Shown here one piece after another: positions 39,972 to 51,458 of a stretch of DNA of 64,000 nucleotides. Location: IMG/VR virus record IMGVR_UViG_3300018412_000011; one strand, given 5' to 3'. Within the stretch, counting starts at the first letter, position 1. Each line of letters opens with the position of its first letter. The translations under genes were made by a program, and so were the position numbers. The notes beneath the pieces are model-generated. The model saw only the letters and a program-made list of their open reading frames with translations, searched no databases and was not told the DNA's origin. Origin of the DNA: an uncultured virus (IMG/VR IMGVR_UViG_3300018412_000011) (Duplodnaviria > Heunggongvirae > Uroviricota > Caudoviricetes).

Positions 39972-40014
39972 GGAATCAATATAACGCATCTTTAACATTA
40001 TGCAAGAAAAATTT

Positions 40015-40551
40015 TCATCTTTTTTCGTAAAGCTTATCAAAATATTTAATCTCTTTTTCATAACACTTTTTGAAAAAAATATTATATAAGTATAGAACCT
40101 CACAAAAATCATCCGTAAGAGTGGTTGATTCAAGGTTTTTCTCTCGAAAGTCTTTAATGAGCTCTTTCATTTGTTGTATGTGAGAATACTTTTCAATATC
40201 AATGTAAGATTCTTCATCTAAATGTTTTAAGGATAAATAAAGAGTCTCGACAGAATCCCATAGAGGCCACATGAAATTACGATGCAAAACAGTAGAACTC
40301 CCATATCTTCCAAGATACATAGGGGAAGAAATCAAATCTATAAGTCTCTTAACCGCTTTTTTATTTGACATATTTTTCCTAGATAAAATGAAAAATGCTT
40401 TTTTCTCTTTATATCGTCCAATGGCTTTAGACAATTCTAAAACCGCTTTAATTTCTTGAAGTTCTTTAAACTGTTCCAACACAAAACCTACATCAAGTTT
40501 TAATGTGCTGAGTTGGTCTTTTGATAACTTAATATATCCCATGTTTTCCAT
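40015..40551 (-). CDS. Hypothetical protein, paralog family MENxGYxK
   Basis: Similar to 40567-41139 and 43627-43845. Confidence 0.65.
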   Translation of the reverse strand: MENMGYIKLSKDQLSTLKLDVGFVLEQFKELQEIKAVLELSKAIGRYKEKKAFFILSRKNMSNKKAVKRLIDLISSPMYLGRYGSSTVLHRNFMWPLWDSVETLYLSLKHLDEESYIDIEKYSHIQQMKELIKDFREKNLESTTLTDDFCEVLYLYNIFFKKCYEKEIKYFDKLYEKR

Positions 40552-40566
40552 AATTTTTCCTTGTTT

Positions 40567-41103
40567 TTAAAGATTTATTTGAATCATTTCTACATTAAAA
40601 TTTGGCTTATAATGTTCGTTATACAAATTCTCCCAATAACGAAGTTTAACTTTGTTATCTGATATTGTCCAAGCTGCTTCATATTTTTCCAAAGAAGTTT
40701 TGGCAATATCCATTGAGATTTTATAAGTTTCAATGTCTAGGTACGATTCCCTTGTCAAGTTACGAATTAAGTCTAGGAACTCTATTGCTTTATCTAAAAC
40801 TTTATCTCCATACCCTTGAGTTAAAATCCTAAAATCTCCGTATTTAAAATCAATAAACAATCCATATCTTGATTCCACAGATTCTACTAACTCTTTAATA
40901 ATTTCAGAATTTCCCATTTCATCCACTTTTTTTTGTTTAAACTTGAATCTTTTTTGAGTTCTATAATTTAAGACAGAACGTTCTAATTCTTCAACTGCTT
41001 TGATTTGCTGAATTGTTTTAAATTTCTGAATTCCTTTTTCTACTTTTTCAACAATGTCATTGACATCATCGGGATCAATTTTCACATAGCCTAAATTTTC
41101 CAT
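40567..41103 (-). CDS. Hypothetical protein, paralog family MENxGYxK
   Basis: MENLGYVKI...QQIKAVEELE...ESYLDIE. Confidence 0.65.
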   Translation of the reverse strand: MENLGYVKIDPDDVNDIVEKVEKGIQKFKTIQQIKAVEELERSVLNYRTQKRFKFKQKKVDEMGNSEIIKELVESVESRYGLFIDFKYGDFRILTQGYGDKVLDKAIEFLDLIRNLTRESYLDIETYKISMDIAKTSLEKYEAAWTISDNKVKLRYWENLYNEHYKPNFNVEMIQINL

Positions 41104-43626
41104 AATGTTATCCTTAAGTTCTATTTTTGTCGGAATCAATCAAAGGGGGTGATCCCTGTTATTGTGGGAGGATGTTTTCTATATCCTCCCGTTATCTGAG
41201 GCACAGTACTTGAGCATTTTTCAGTTATTTCTGAGTTTAATTGATCATATTTTTCATGAGTAAGGGGGCCATTCCCACACATCTTCTGTTAAATTGATTA
41301 TGAATTCCTGATATGGTCTCAAGATGTACTAGGAGATTAACTTTCATTCGTTCTCCTTTTCTTCTGAATTGAATACCCATGAACATGCCCCATTCTCTAA
41401 TTCATCAAAAATTTCATCTCGTATAGATTCGATTTTATCTGTTGTTAAGATTTCTCCACAATGTCCAACTAGGGAGTTGAAAATAGCGAATTTTATTGTT
41501 TCTTTTGCGTCTTCTGTCATTTTTTGTCCTTTGTTTTCGTCATAGTTTTCGTAGTGAGGCTTCCATCCTATAATCCCATTTTCAATAATAAAATATTCTT
41601 CATGCTTCTCTCCGAAAGTTATAATCCCATCTCCCCAAAGATATTGAATTAAATCAGGGAGATTTTCTGGCATAGGATCTTTTTGCTTATGTCTTTGAAA
41701 TCCCCCTTTGTTATAGAATGAAGCCAAATCATTTTCAAGATTAAATTCATTCCAATGCTTAAGCTCTCCTGAACCATCATCAATGACCCAATCATTCATC
41801 TTCTCACTAAAAATCCACTTCCACGCTTCTGGCAAAAGTTGGTTTTCTTCTATTCGAGTCTCTTCTTGGTTTTGTAAATGGGGATTAAGAATTTCTGGCA
41901 TATGTCCAATCCACAAAGCCAATGACTCTAATTTTTTATAATCCTCTTTGGAAATGGTTTCATAAGTGTTTCCCAATATAATATTCGCCATTTCTCTAAT
42001 GTTTTCAAAATCTTCTTTGTCCATCATGATTCTCCATAGTCTTTTCCTTTATTTTCAACCATTGGATCAACGGAACTCGCTTCGCTTTGTCCGTTATATT
42101 GTGAGTTGTCCTTGTACGGATTAAAGTCCGAAGCCTTGGTCAAGACCTCCTCATACTCACCGATTTGCCAAACAGTACCCTTCATCCACCCACCTTCCAT
42201 CTTTGACTTCTCAATGATTTCGGCCACACCTTTCTTAAAGGCATCTATGTCTGTTGATTGATACTGGGTTCTAAAGATTCCATACTCGCCTTCGCTTTCA
42301 TCAAACCACTGTAATTTGTATATAGTCATAATTTACCCCCCGTCTGATCACAACAAGACTCTTGGTCAAACCTCGCAAGACCGATCCTGCCAGCTTCGGC
42401 GTTGTCATAAGGCTTCCAATCTAACCAAACGCCACAACACATCGGACGATCAACCCCTTTTTCAATATAAAGCATATCACAGTCCATCAACCTTAATTTT
42501 CGTCCTGAATCTTCAACGCCATCTCTCCATGCTCTTAGGTAAAGGAGGTTTAAGGTGTGATCCCACTCAGTAATGGAGTTGTTGACATTTTCGACAAGTT
42601 TTATGTGTTTATTGTGCAAAGTATCAAAGCTCATTTCGGAAGATCCATATCTAAGGGTGATTTACAATCAGGGCAAAGAGGCAGGTCCTCGCTGTACTCC
42701 TTGTGAGTGTGGCAGAACTTAGTTTCAACAATCAGCTGGACCGAGTTCGCTTCGCTCATTCGGTCAGTGGTGGCGTTGATGCAATCACCAGAACAGCACC
42801 CTTCAACAAAGCATTTAGAAAAATGCTTACAATTATCTGCCAGATTATTTTCAACCATCCTCTCGGCGGAATCGCCTTTCACTGTCTCGTGGTTCATACG
42901 TCCTCCATTTCATATTCTAGAGTTAAATTGCCTGTTTCTTTAAATTTTTCAACCGCTTTAGAAACATCCCCATGTCTAGGACAAGTTTTCCCATCTTCCA
43001 AGTAAAACCAACATCTTCCAACTAGAGTTCCATCACCTGTTTGTTCATTGATTGGGCAATTGCAAACAGATATTCTGCTTGTAGTTTCGTGAACATTATT
43101 AAGTGCATCTGAAACTGTTTTTAAGGCGTCACTAGCAAATCGCACTTTATTCCCATCGAAATCTTTCAAGGTTTTGGTTTTTTTGAAAATATTTTTCATT
43201 AATCAATGCCTCCTTTTGACGACAAGAACTTTCTTGCCTTTAGTCATTAATGGCAATAGCGTTTCCTTTTATGTCGTCATCAAAACATTCCAGATATGAT
43301 ATCTCTCCAATCTCGCTATCAAACAACACTTCCTCAACTTTTGTTATTTTTCTGTGAGTATAGTGTTTGTCAATCCTTGTAACAATTTCTAATTCGGGAT
43401 CTAAATCTTGCAATAGTTTCATTAATTCTTTGTTTTTCATTATTAACTCCATTTTGTCCATAGTTTAAAAAATTTGCTTTTTGAAAATGTTTTTCATTTT
43501 AATTATTAGGAGGGCATTTGAATTTACGACCCGCATAAAATGCTTCTTGAGCAATTTCATTCAACAGTTCATTGAAATTAGTTTCCATTAGGGCGTTTCT
43601 TCCTTTGGGATTCTCAACTTCATTAA

Positions 43627-43845
43627 TCAATGCCTCCTTTTCTTCATCTGATTTCTCATTAACCTTTCTTTGAAAAAATCTAAAACGTTTGTTCTGTTTG
43701 TTCTATACCTTTCAACTGCACATTCTAATTCTTGAGCTGCTTCAATTTGTTGAATAATTTTGAGTTTATCTAATCCTTCTTTAACTTCTTCAAGGAGAAA
43801 ATCAACATCAGTGGGTATAATTTTAACATATCCTAAATTTTTCAT
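43627..43845 (-). pseudogene. Truncated third paralog of the MENxGYxK family
   Basis: MKNLGYVKI...QQIEAAQELE; ends after 72 aa at a direct repeat. Confidence 0.5.
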
Positions 43846-44920
43846 ATTCTTTCTTAAATAGATTTTATATTTCCATTTATATATCTTAGTTCTTCTGTTG
43901 TCAACTTTTTTCTAATAGAATCTTTCAATTCATCCTCTTTTCTTTTTTTATCATCAATGTAATAAACGTTTCTTATAACTAATTTTTTATTAGATTTATT
44001 AGTCAACAAAAAACATTCCCTCCTTTAACCACTTCTTCATTTTTGTAGATTTGACAAACACAATATGCGGGAAAATACCTTAACACATCTTTTTCAATTG
44101 CCTCATCTTCACATAGAGGCTCTTCAATGTTATCTGCCACAACAATGTCAACAGATTCATAATTATCGGTTGAAAAATTAGTTTCGGTAAAAATAACATG
44201 GCATCCCCTTATTTTGAATTTATTTTCAAATTGACATTCTTTTAGAATAAAATTCGTTTTTCATTTTCTTGAGCTGAATAGAGTTCCACCAATCCTTGTT
44301 CTTTAATTGCCATTCTTTCTTCAGGGATTCTAATTTCATCACATACACTCATAGTGTTATCTTTTTTACATAATAGTTTCCATTCAAATACTTTGTCCCA
44401 AACTCCAAATTCCCCAAACAGCCAAAAAGGCAATAGGAATGGTAATCCACTCCCATCCAGCAGGAATTTCAGCTCCTGGAGGATAATATGTCGGTTGTTT
44501 ATATTGTTTGGGCTTTTTTATCCATACCCAACGTACTTTCAAGCTATTTTCATTTTGTTCTAAAACGTCAGTCACTTTAACTAAACCATATGATTTTTCC
44601 TCTCCTACTGCAATTAGATCTCCAACGGTAACATTCTTAACGAACACGCTATTGGTCCAATAAACATTAGGCAATCTATCTGCTTTTAAAAATTTCATTA
44701 CGCGATTCCCATCTGGAGGAGCATAAGGGTCGAATCCATTATTATCGCGATGATAACCAACACATTTTGGAATACTTTTTAATTCATTTACCCACTCAGA
44801 ATGAGACTTGTCCAGTTGTGGAGCTTTTAAATCATAGATGCTAGTTTTCATGTCTCGCCATATCCCTTTTAAAAGTAAAATTATCTGTTTCTTTAAAATA
44901 TTTAGTTGCCTCTTCCGCTT

Positions 44921-45865
44921 TCATATTTTTTCCTTAAAAAAATCAAATAAAGTTTGTTTTTTAGGTCTTTCGCACGGATGTTTAAGGTTCTTGAAAATAT
45001 GAACAATAACATCCACTGTCCATCCGTTTCCTAACATTTCAATTCTTTGATTATTTGTTACATCAGGATGTTCTGTATATCGATCAGGAACCGTTTGACA
45101 TCTTTCTGCTTCTATTGGATGCATTCTGCGATAAATATCTTTATCATAATCCATAACAATATTCAACTTATTACTTGGATTAGCTTTAGGAAGACAGCAC
45201 ATTTTTTTATGTTTAAAATATGCCCTATCTTGTTGAGACCAATATTTTTTCCCACTTATATCCCATTTCACATAATTACCATTTCGAGTAAGCCTTTTCG
45301 TTTTGGTAATTCTTTCATCGGTAAAAATTTTATAAGAATCATCATAAATGATATCTCCAATTGTAATTCCCTTATCTTCAGGTACGGTTACATTGGGAAT
45401 GTTTGTCCAATATAATCTGACTCTATTTTGTGCCGAAACAAGATTGCTATTTATTTCAATGGGATCGACACCCAAGGTTTCGGTAATAATGCGTTCAGAA
45501 GCCTTGTTCATGGCTACATTTTCCAAAAGGAAGTATTTAGGCTTAACTTTCTTTAGAACATCAACGTAGACCCAAAATAAGCCGCTTCTTTCGCCTTCTA
45601 AGCCCTTCCCATGAGGATTGCCCTTGCTAAGGTCTTGGCAAGGACTACCCCCTATTAAAAGGTCTATGGGAGGCAACTGACTTAAATCAATCTTTGTTAC
45701 ATCACCCAACTGTATTGTGTTTGGATAGTTTTTTTGAGCGACAAGGATAGATTTGTGGTCAATTTCTGACGCAAAGTATTTATTCACAGGAATTTGGGCT
45801 TTATCAAGGGCAATTTGCCCACAAGACATTCCATCAAACAAGCTAAGAACATTGATTGGTTTCAT
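44921..45865 (-). CDS. DNA (cytosine-5) methyltransferase
   Basis: LSLFDG, GGSPCQ, LLENV, QNRVRLYW and GNGW motifs; likely start MKPINV. Confidence 0.93.
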   Translation of the reverse strand: MKPINVLSLFDGMSCGQIALDKAQIPVNKYFASEIDHKSILVAQKNYPNTIQLGDVTKIDLSQLPPIDLLIGGSPCQDLSKGNPHGKGLEGERSGLFWVYVDVLKKVKPKYFLLENVAMNKASERIITETLGVDPIEINSNLVSAQNRVRLYWTNIPNVTVPEDKGITIGDIIYDDSYKIFTDERITKTKRLTRNGNYVKWDISGKKYWSQQDRAYFKHKKMCCLPKANPSNKLNIVMDYDKDIYRRMHPIEAERCQTVPDRYTEHPDVTNNQRIEMLGNGWTVDVIVHIFKNLKHPCERPKKQTLFDFFKEKI

Positions 45866-47901
45866 CTTCGTTTTCGTTTTCGTTTTTTTTGATGTGTTCG
45901 ACTTCAACAATGCCCTTTTCAGCCAAATTTTTCAACATTGACAATCCTCCCCCTCCCATTGTGGATTCATATTCTGGATCTAGTTCTTCGAACCAATCTT
46001 CTCCATTATATTTGAAGTCGTAATGAAGATCGCCATATTTATTTTCAGTCTCAATAACTGTAATTTTGGGTTTAATGTTTCTCATGGGAACATATTACAT
46101 GATACATATATAATGTCAACAAAAATTTAATCTTTTTTATTCCTTCAAATTGAAACCTTTGCCATTTTGTTGAACATGAAGAAGCCATAATTATTGTTCC
46201 TCTAGCCACTTTAAAGCGTCATATTTACCCGAGAACACTCCACAAGCCTCTTCAAAACGTTCTTTCAAAATTCTCAACTGATAATTTATGGGTCGAGCAG
46301 GAACTCACTTCCCATTGATTTCAACATTATTTTTATTTTCATAAATGTCTTTCAAATGTATCATATATAGAATGCATTAATAGATATTGTCTCTTAATGC
46401 ATTCTCGGCATATTTTATCTCACCTTTCAAATCATTTAATTTATCTGGTAAAATTCTCCATAAAGAAACAAGATTGCTAGAATCTTTTTCGACAACCCTT
46501 CCTTTTTCAGTGTCGCAAGTATTAGACAAACCATCTACAAAATGTTTTAAAATAAAAACTTTCGTAGTTAACATTTCAAGTCCTTCTTCATTAAGTTCTT
46601 TTAAAGGACTAGAAGAATCAAAGGGTTCCCCACTCAAGTCCTTGGAATGCATCGGTTCTGAAACACTTGTTCCATTAAAAATGGACATCAAATCTCTTGT
46701 AGCATCTTCGAGTCTCTCACTCATATCCGAACAATAGGAATAAAAGTTGCTCCAACAACTACTAAAACTGTCATTCATTTGGGGTACTGAGGATGGGCTT
46801 TCTTCCGCTTTAACGCCAACGCCCTTTAAAATGTCTATAAAATTTTCAAGAGAACATACACTTTCTTCGAAAGAGTCTTTGCTAGTTAAAAATTCTTCTA
46901 TTTTTGAAAGGTCTTTTTCTTCAAGTTCTTTTTCTTCAAGTTCTAAATCATGTGGTAATTCAACATGTTCTTTTCTACTTAAATCATTCATACTTTAATC
47001 CTTTTTTGCTTTTTCATTTAATTTTTTAAAAAATTCGTTAATCCAACATGTCATCCAATTGTCGTCCTTTCTTTTCCATTTTTATTAATATTCGGGTTTA
47101 TATTCAGGGGATAATTCCAAAAACCCCATTATGAGTCTATTTATCAATTGTTCTGTTATTTCATGATCTCTCTCTGTGACATAACCTAAAGGGAAATTGC
47201 TTAGATAGCTAATAATTTGTTCTTTTGACAACATATCATTATAAAAACGAAAATAATATTCGATGGGTTTGTCTACGCCACTAGCACTTATTTTAGGGAT
47301 AACAACTTCTTCAAGACCCACATATTCTTCTCCGTCATATTTAGTCCAATAGCAATTTCCCGATTGCCACCAGAAGCGGTCTCCTTCTGTTATTTCATTC
47401 GAATTGTAATTTTTCTCGCAATAGACGGCGCATTCCTCATGACCATCAAAAGTATTTACCCATACTTTATCTTCCAAAAATACAACTTCTGTAACTTTGC
47501 CTCCAACACTCATTTATTCATCATCCAAGGTTATGTTTTCGCTGTCGTCAATTTCTTCTGCATCCTCAACATCTTCATTTTTAGGAAATTGAATTGGCTT
47601 TTTAGTAGAGACTGTTTCAATTTTTTGTTTATCTGGAGGCAACGTAGAACGCTTAATCATTCTGTTCCCACTTGCATTTGCAGTTGTTTTCCGTTCATCA
47701 TTTACAATTTCATAAAACCATTGTAAATTACTCATCAAATATTTATGATTCCCATGCCACTCATGAAATTCAGATTGATTCCCTTCTTCATCTTCTCTGT
47801 TTCCAAAAAAAAGATATTCGTTAACTCCTTGGATTTCTCTTTCCTCTCCATTGAGTCTAGCTTCTTCAGCTTCATTTTCTGCAATTAATTTAATTAACAT
47901 A

Positions 47902-48816
47902 TCATACTCCTAGTTTTTCTTTTGTAATTTGCTTAAATACTTTGGGCAAAGCTTCTTTAGTTGCGTTGGCTAAATACCATTGGTATCCATTTTCTGCTAT
48001 TGTTTTTAGATCATATTTTTTCTCTAAATCTTTAACTTTTGTCTTGCCATCATAAAATATATAATGATGTCCAGGTATCAAATCATTGTAATAATACGGC
48101 CTATAAGTAAGAAGTAAAGGTTTTTTTAAAATCATGTAATCAATTTCTCTTCTATTTTTGCTATCTGTTATTGCAACACTTCTTCCTTGTATTGCCAAAC
48201 CATATTTAGATCTTAACATTTTTTCTAAGAAAATATCATCTGTAATTTCTTTTTGGACATCTTGCTCACTAACAATATATTCTATGCCTTGCCTCTTAAA
48301 ATCTTTTTTAAAGTTTTTCCTGCATCTCCAACCCTTACCGCAGAAAAAAGCATCTTGGGTAATTTTAAAAGAGGGCAACTTTGCCTTTCCTTCATAAGGG
48401 AACATTAATTTGCTTGGAAAAAAAGAATAAGGGACAATTTTGTTATAAAAACTTTCAAGTTCTTCGTCGGTTTTGCTTGAGAATATATTCTTTCTTCTAA
48501 GAAAATTAAGATAGTGATCCACAGTCATTTTACGATGTTGCAATTTAATAATGAGATCAAAATCACCATCGATTACATTATTAGAATATGTAGGGGTTGG
48601 ATATTCCCAAAAATCTAAATAAATTTTCTTTTTGTTGTAATACAAAATAGTTGCTCTATTCCCCCTAGATGAACGAATAAATTCATTGTGGTAAGTGATA
48701 TTAAATTCTCCACTATCAATATAGGCTCTCAAATATCTTGACATGCCTAAAGTGCCATTATTGCAAGTGACTTGGGCTTTATTTATACACAAATTAGGCT
48801 TACTTTCCGTCATCAT
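47902..48816 (-). CDS. Putative glycosyltransferase (GT-B-like C-terminal pattern)
   Basis: RREIDYMI...LIPGHHYI...IAENGYQW pattern; cluster context. Confidence 0.55.
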   Translation of the reverse strand: MMTESKPNLCINKAQVTCNNGTLGMSRYLRAYIDSGEFNITYHNEFIRSSRGNRATILYYNKKKIYLDFWEYPTPTYSNNVIDGDFDLIIKLQHRKMTVDHYLNFLRRKNIFSSKTDEELESFYNKIVPYSFFPSKLMFPYEGKAKLPSFKITQDAFFCGKGWRCRKNFKKDFKRQGIEYIVSEQDVQKEITDDIFLEKMLRSKYGLAIQGRSVAITDSKNRREIDYMILKKPLLLTYRPYYYNDLIPGHHYIFYDGKTKVKDLEKKYDLKTIAENGYQWYLANATKEALPKVFKQITKEKLGV

Positions 48817-50482
48817 TAATTGTTACATTCTGAAATCCTAAATCAACTTTTTCAGTCATTTTTCTTGCAGGTTGGACTCCATTTTTTACATCAGATAACA
48901 TAGGGAACGGTTTCACTATCTTGTCTCCAACCTTTTCTAATTTTACTTTTGCAACTTTTGTATCTTTTGTATCTTTTTTTCTAACTTGAGGAGTCAAATC
49001 GTCATCCAAAATAGTCAACTCTTCTGTTTCCTTAAATATATCACTTATCTTTTCTATTTTTGGCAAAGATTGAGAACTAGTATTGTGAGATTTAGTGGTT
49101 GTTCTCGAAATGATATCCGTTGGAGAAATACTTATGCCTGATTTTTCGGGTTCATTATTGACTTCGACATAATTGATATTGCCAATTTTTTTGTTAATTC
49201 CTCCGTTTTCAACGTTCTTGTCTAAAATGTGTTCAACCATTGATTTAGCTTGATTGAAATCTAAAAGATTAGTGCCATAGGGCCAATCATTATGACTTGT
49301 TGGAGGTTGAAACTTAATACCTCCATCAGGAGAGAAATCTTCTGGAAGTTTCCATCTCAAAAAACGTTCAGTCACTTCGTTTACTGGAATATCCGAAATA
49401 TTCACAACATTCGAGGGCTGTTCATAAGAATTGTTCAAAATTTGAGTGTATTTTGGAGCTTGAGCAACTTCTTTAGAAATGTTTTTCAAATGGACTTTGT
49501 TTTGAGTTTTAGGTTCATTTTTGTGTTTCAACCGCTCATCAGGTTTCCCATAAAGCCCCCAAGTCCTAGAATTAACATCTCCAAGTTTCCCAGTAGCCTC
49601 TTCAATTGCATCTTCATATTTCACAAAAGGAAAAACATCCAGTTGAGATCCTTCAGTGCAGTTGTACACCTTGAATCCCGCTTGATCAAAATGAGGTTTT
49701 AGTTGGGGAAAATATTCTGACTTAAGACGATCATAAGTAAACATATTTCCTTTAACTGCTCCTGGAGCTCGTTGTTCGTCAAAATGATAAGTGTAATCTT
49801 CCGACATTTTAAAGTCTGCCCCAAGCATGTAAACTTTTCTGAATCCCAATAAAAATAAAATTCTAAGAGCTGGCAGCATTACAGATCTTCCACCCCCATA
49901 ATCTTTATGATTTCCCCAATTGAATGAATCCTCCCATAAAAACCTATCAGCCATGAATTTTGAATTTCTATGGAAATAAACAACATTAGGACAATTACCA
50001 ACAAGCATGTCCTTCATTTTACCATTATCATTGTAACGCAAATTTTCCCATTTCTCGTTATCAAATAATGGTTTTTCAGAATGAGCGTGAGGAACAAATT
50101 TTGTAATTGTTGGATCTAACCATATCGATTTCAAAAAACGCTTAGGGTCATCTACACATGTCCAAAAATTAGGTCTTACAGTTCTTGCTCCATTGTTCAT
50201 TCCATAGGTTATAACCCCTGGCCTTTTCAAAAGAGACAAATCATATCTTCCACTTGCTAGAGAAGGACCATTACAAATTAAAAAAGCAGAAGCTCCCCTG
50301 TAATTCCCCACCATATTTAATTGATTCATCTCTCTAGTAAAGAAAAAAGGAATGTTTTGATGATATTCTGTTGAAACAGTATGACCAATCAATCTATTTC
50401 TATGATGTCTGAATTGAGTAAGATCATCTTTTTCTTTTTTGAGAGATCTAACTCGTTTTAATTCTTTATGGTGGTCTGTCAT
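48800..50482 (-). CDS. DUF115/Maf/sialyltransferase-like protein with a long low-complexity tail
   Basis: FLICNGPSL, YGMNN, LGFRKVYMLGADF and VYNCT motifs. Confidence 0.7.
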   Translation of the reverse strand: MTDHHKELKRVRSLKKEKDDLTQFRHHRNRLIGHTVSTEYHQNIPFFFTREMNQLNMVGNYRGASAFLICNGPSLASGRYDLSLLKRPGVITYGMNNGARTVRPNFWTCVDDPKRFLKSIWLDPTITKFVPHAHSEKPLFDNEKWENLRYNDNGKMKDMLVGNCPNVVYFHRNSKFMADRFLWEDSFNWGNHKDYGGGRSVMLPALRILFLLGFRKVYMLGADFKMSEDYTYHFDEQRAPGAVKGNMFTYDRLKSEYFPQLKPHFDQAGFKVYNCTEGSQLDVFPFVKYEDAIEEATGKLGDVNSRTWGLYGKPDERLKHKNEPKTQNKVHLKNISKEVAQAPKYTQILNNSYEQPSNVVNISDIPVNEVTERFLRWKLPEDFSPDGGIKFQPPTSHNDWPYGTNLLDFNQAKSMVEHILDKNVENGGINKKIGNINYVEVNNEPEKSGISISPTDIISRTTTKSHNTSSQSLPKIEKISDIFKETEELTILDDDLTPQVRKKDTKDTKVAKVKLEKVGDKIVKPFPMLSDVKNGVQPARKMTEKVDLGFQNVTINDDGK

Positions 50483-51297
50483 ATTGGATACCTTCTCCTT
50501 TTGTAATCTACATTGGAAACCATTTCCCCTATCATTTTTGAAACTGATTTTTCGATAGATAAATTTTTGTTTCCTAAATAAGTTGAGATTGAATAACTAA
50601 AATCCCCTTCACAATTGTAGCTTTCCGTTCCTTTCCCAGGAACAGGAATGCCCTCCTTACATTTAATTTCCCCTCTATAATAGTTTTTTCTAAACCATCT
50701 TGGTCTTTTATGTGATACATTATATATTATACAATTTGCCTCATATTCTTTTTCAGGCAAAGGGACTAAAACTTTTTCTTGACGCAACATTTGTTTAGAA
50801 ACTTTAATTTTACCTAATAAAAAACTTACCCAATCAAAAGATATTTCTTGCCATTTTTTGTTTTTAGAAGAACTACCCCCATATTCTTCTAAAGCGAACA
50901 AACTTATACCAATATACTCTTGAAAAATTCTTATCTCAAATTTTCTATTTTGAGCAAATGAATTTATTCCCTTCCCCCAAAACGCCTCAACTTCAGTTTT
51001 ATCTTCTCCCACCCAACGAGAATACCATTCTTTGTTTTCAAGCCAAGGAATATGCCAAGAAAAAGAAAACCAAATTAAGAACGGAAGAGTAAAAGAAAAA
51101 TGAATAGTATATTCTTCCGAATAAAATTTTGAAAATTCCAAAGACCATAAAAAATAATGATTTTTAGTAGAAAAAAACCTTAATTCAATTCCCCCACCAC
51201 TACATCCGTTTTTTTCATCACCATGGAAAAACCAACGCCTGTTAAACAGACTGTCTCTTCCGTTTTCATTTTCATTAATGCAATATACTCTTTTCAT
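50479..51297 (-). CDS. Hypothetical protein
   Basis: 272-aa aromatic-rich ORF. Confidence 0.55.
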   Translation of the reverse strand: MKRVYCINENENGRDSLFNRRWFFHGDEKNGCSGGGIELRFFSTKNHYFLWSLEFSKFYSEEYTIHFSFTLPFLIWFSFSWHIPWLENKEWYSRWVGEDKTEVEAFWGKGINSFAQNRKFEIRIFQEYIGISLFALEEYGGSSSKNKKWQEISFDWVSFLLGKIKVSKQMLRQEKVLVPLPEKEYEANCIIYNVSHKRPRWFRKNYYRGEIKCKEGIPVPGKGTESYNCEGDFSYSISTYLGNKNLSIEKSVSKMIGEMVSNVDYKRRRYPI

Positions 51298-51458
51298 TGT
51301 TATTCTCTTATTTTTGGGCCTTCTCGATCATGGCTCAAGTTTTTTGATTTATATGAAAGAAACTTTGATGAAAGAAACTTTGATGTTTTTATTTAGGAAC
51401 ATTATACATGAAGCCTCTAAAAATGACGAAGGCTAATAGTTAATTAGTCTTTATTTAG

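Noticed and set aside
39894..40133. 79-aa ORF as listed in the track
   Set aside because: Its 5' part overlaps the upstream gene and the promoter. Only the last 25 codons from ATG 39971 make sense, as a leader peptide.
11708..51386. Short tandem repeats (18 bp near 11710, 21 bp near 36303, 15 bp near 51353) as CRISPR or iterons
   Set aside because: Only two adjacent copies each, with no spacers and no cas genes.
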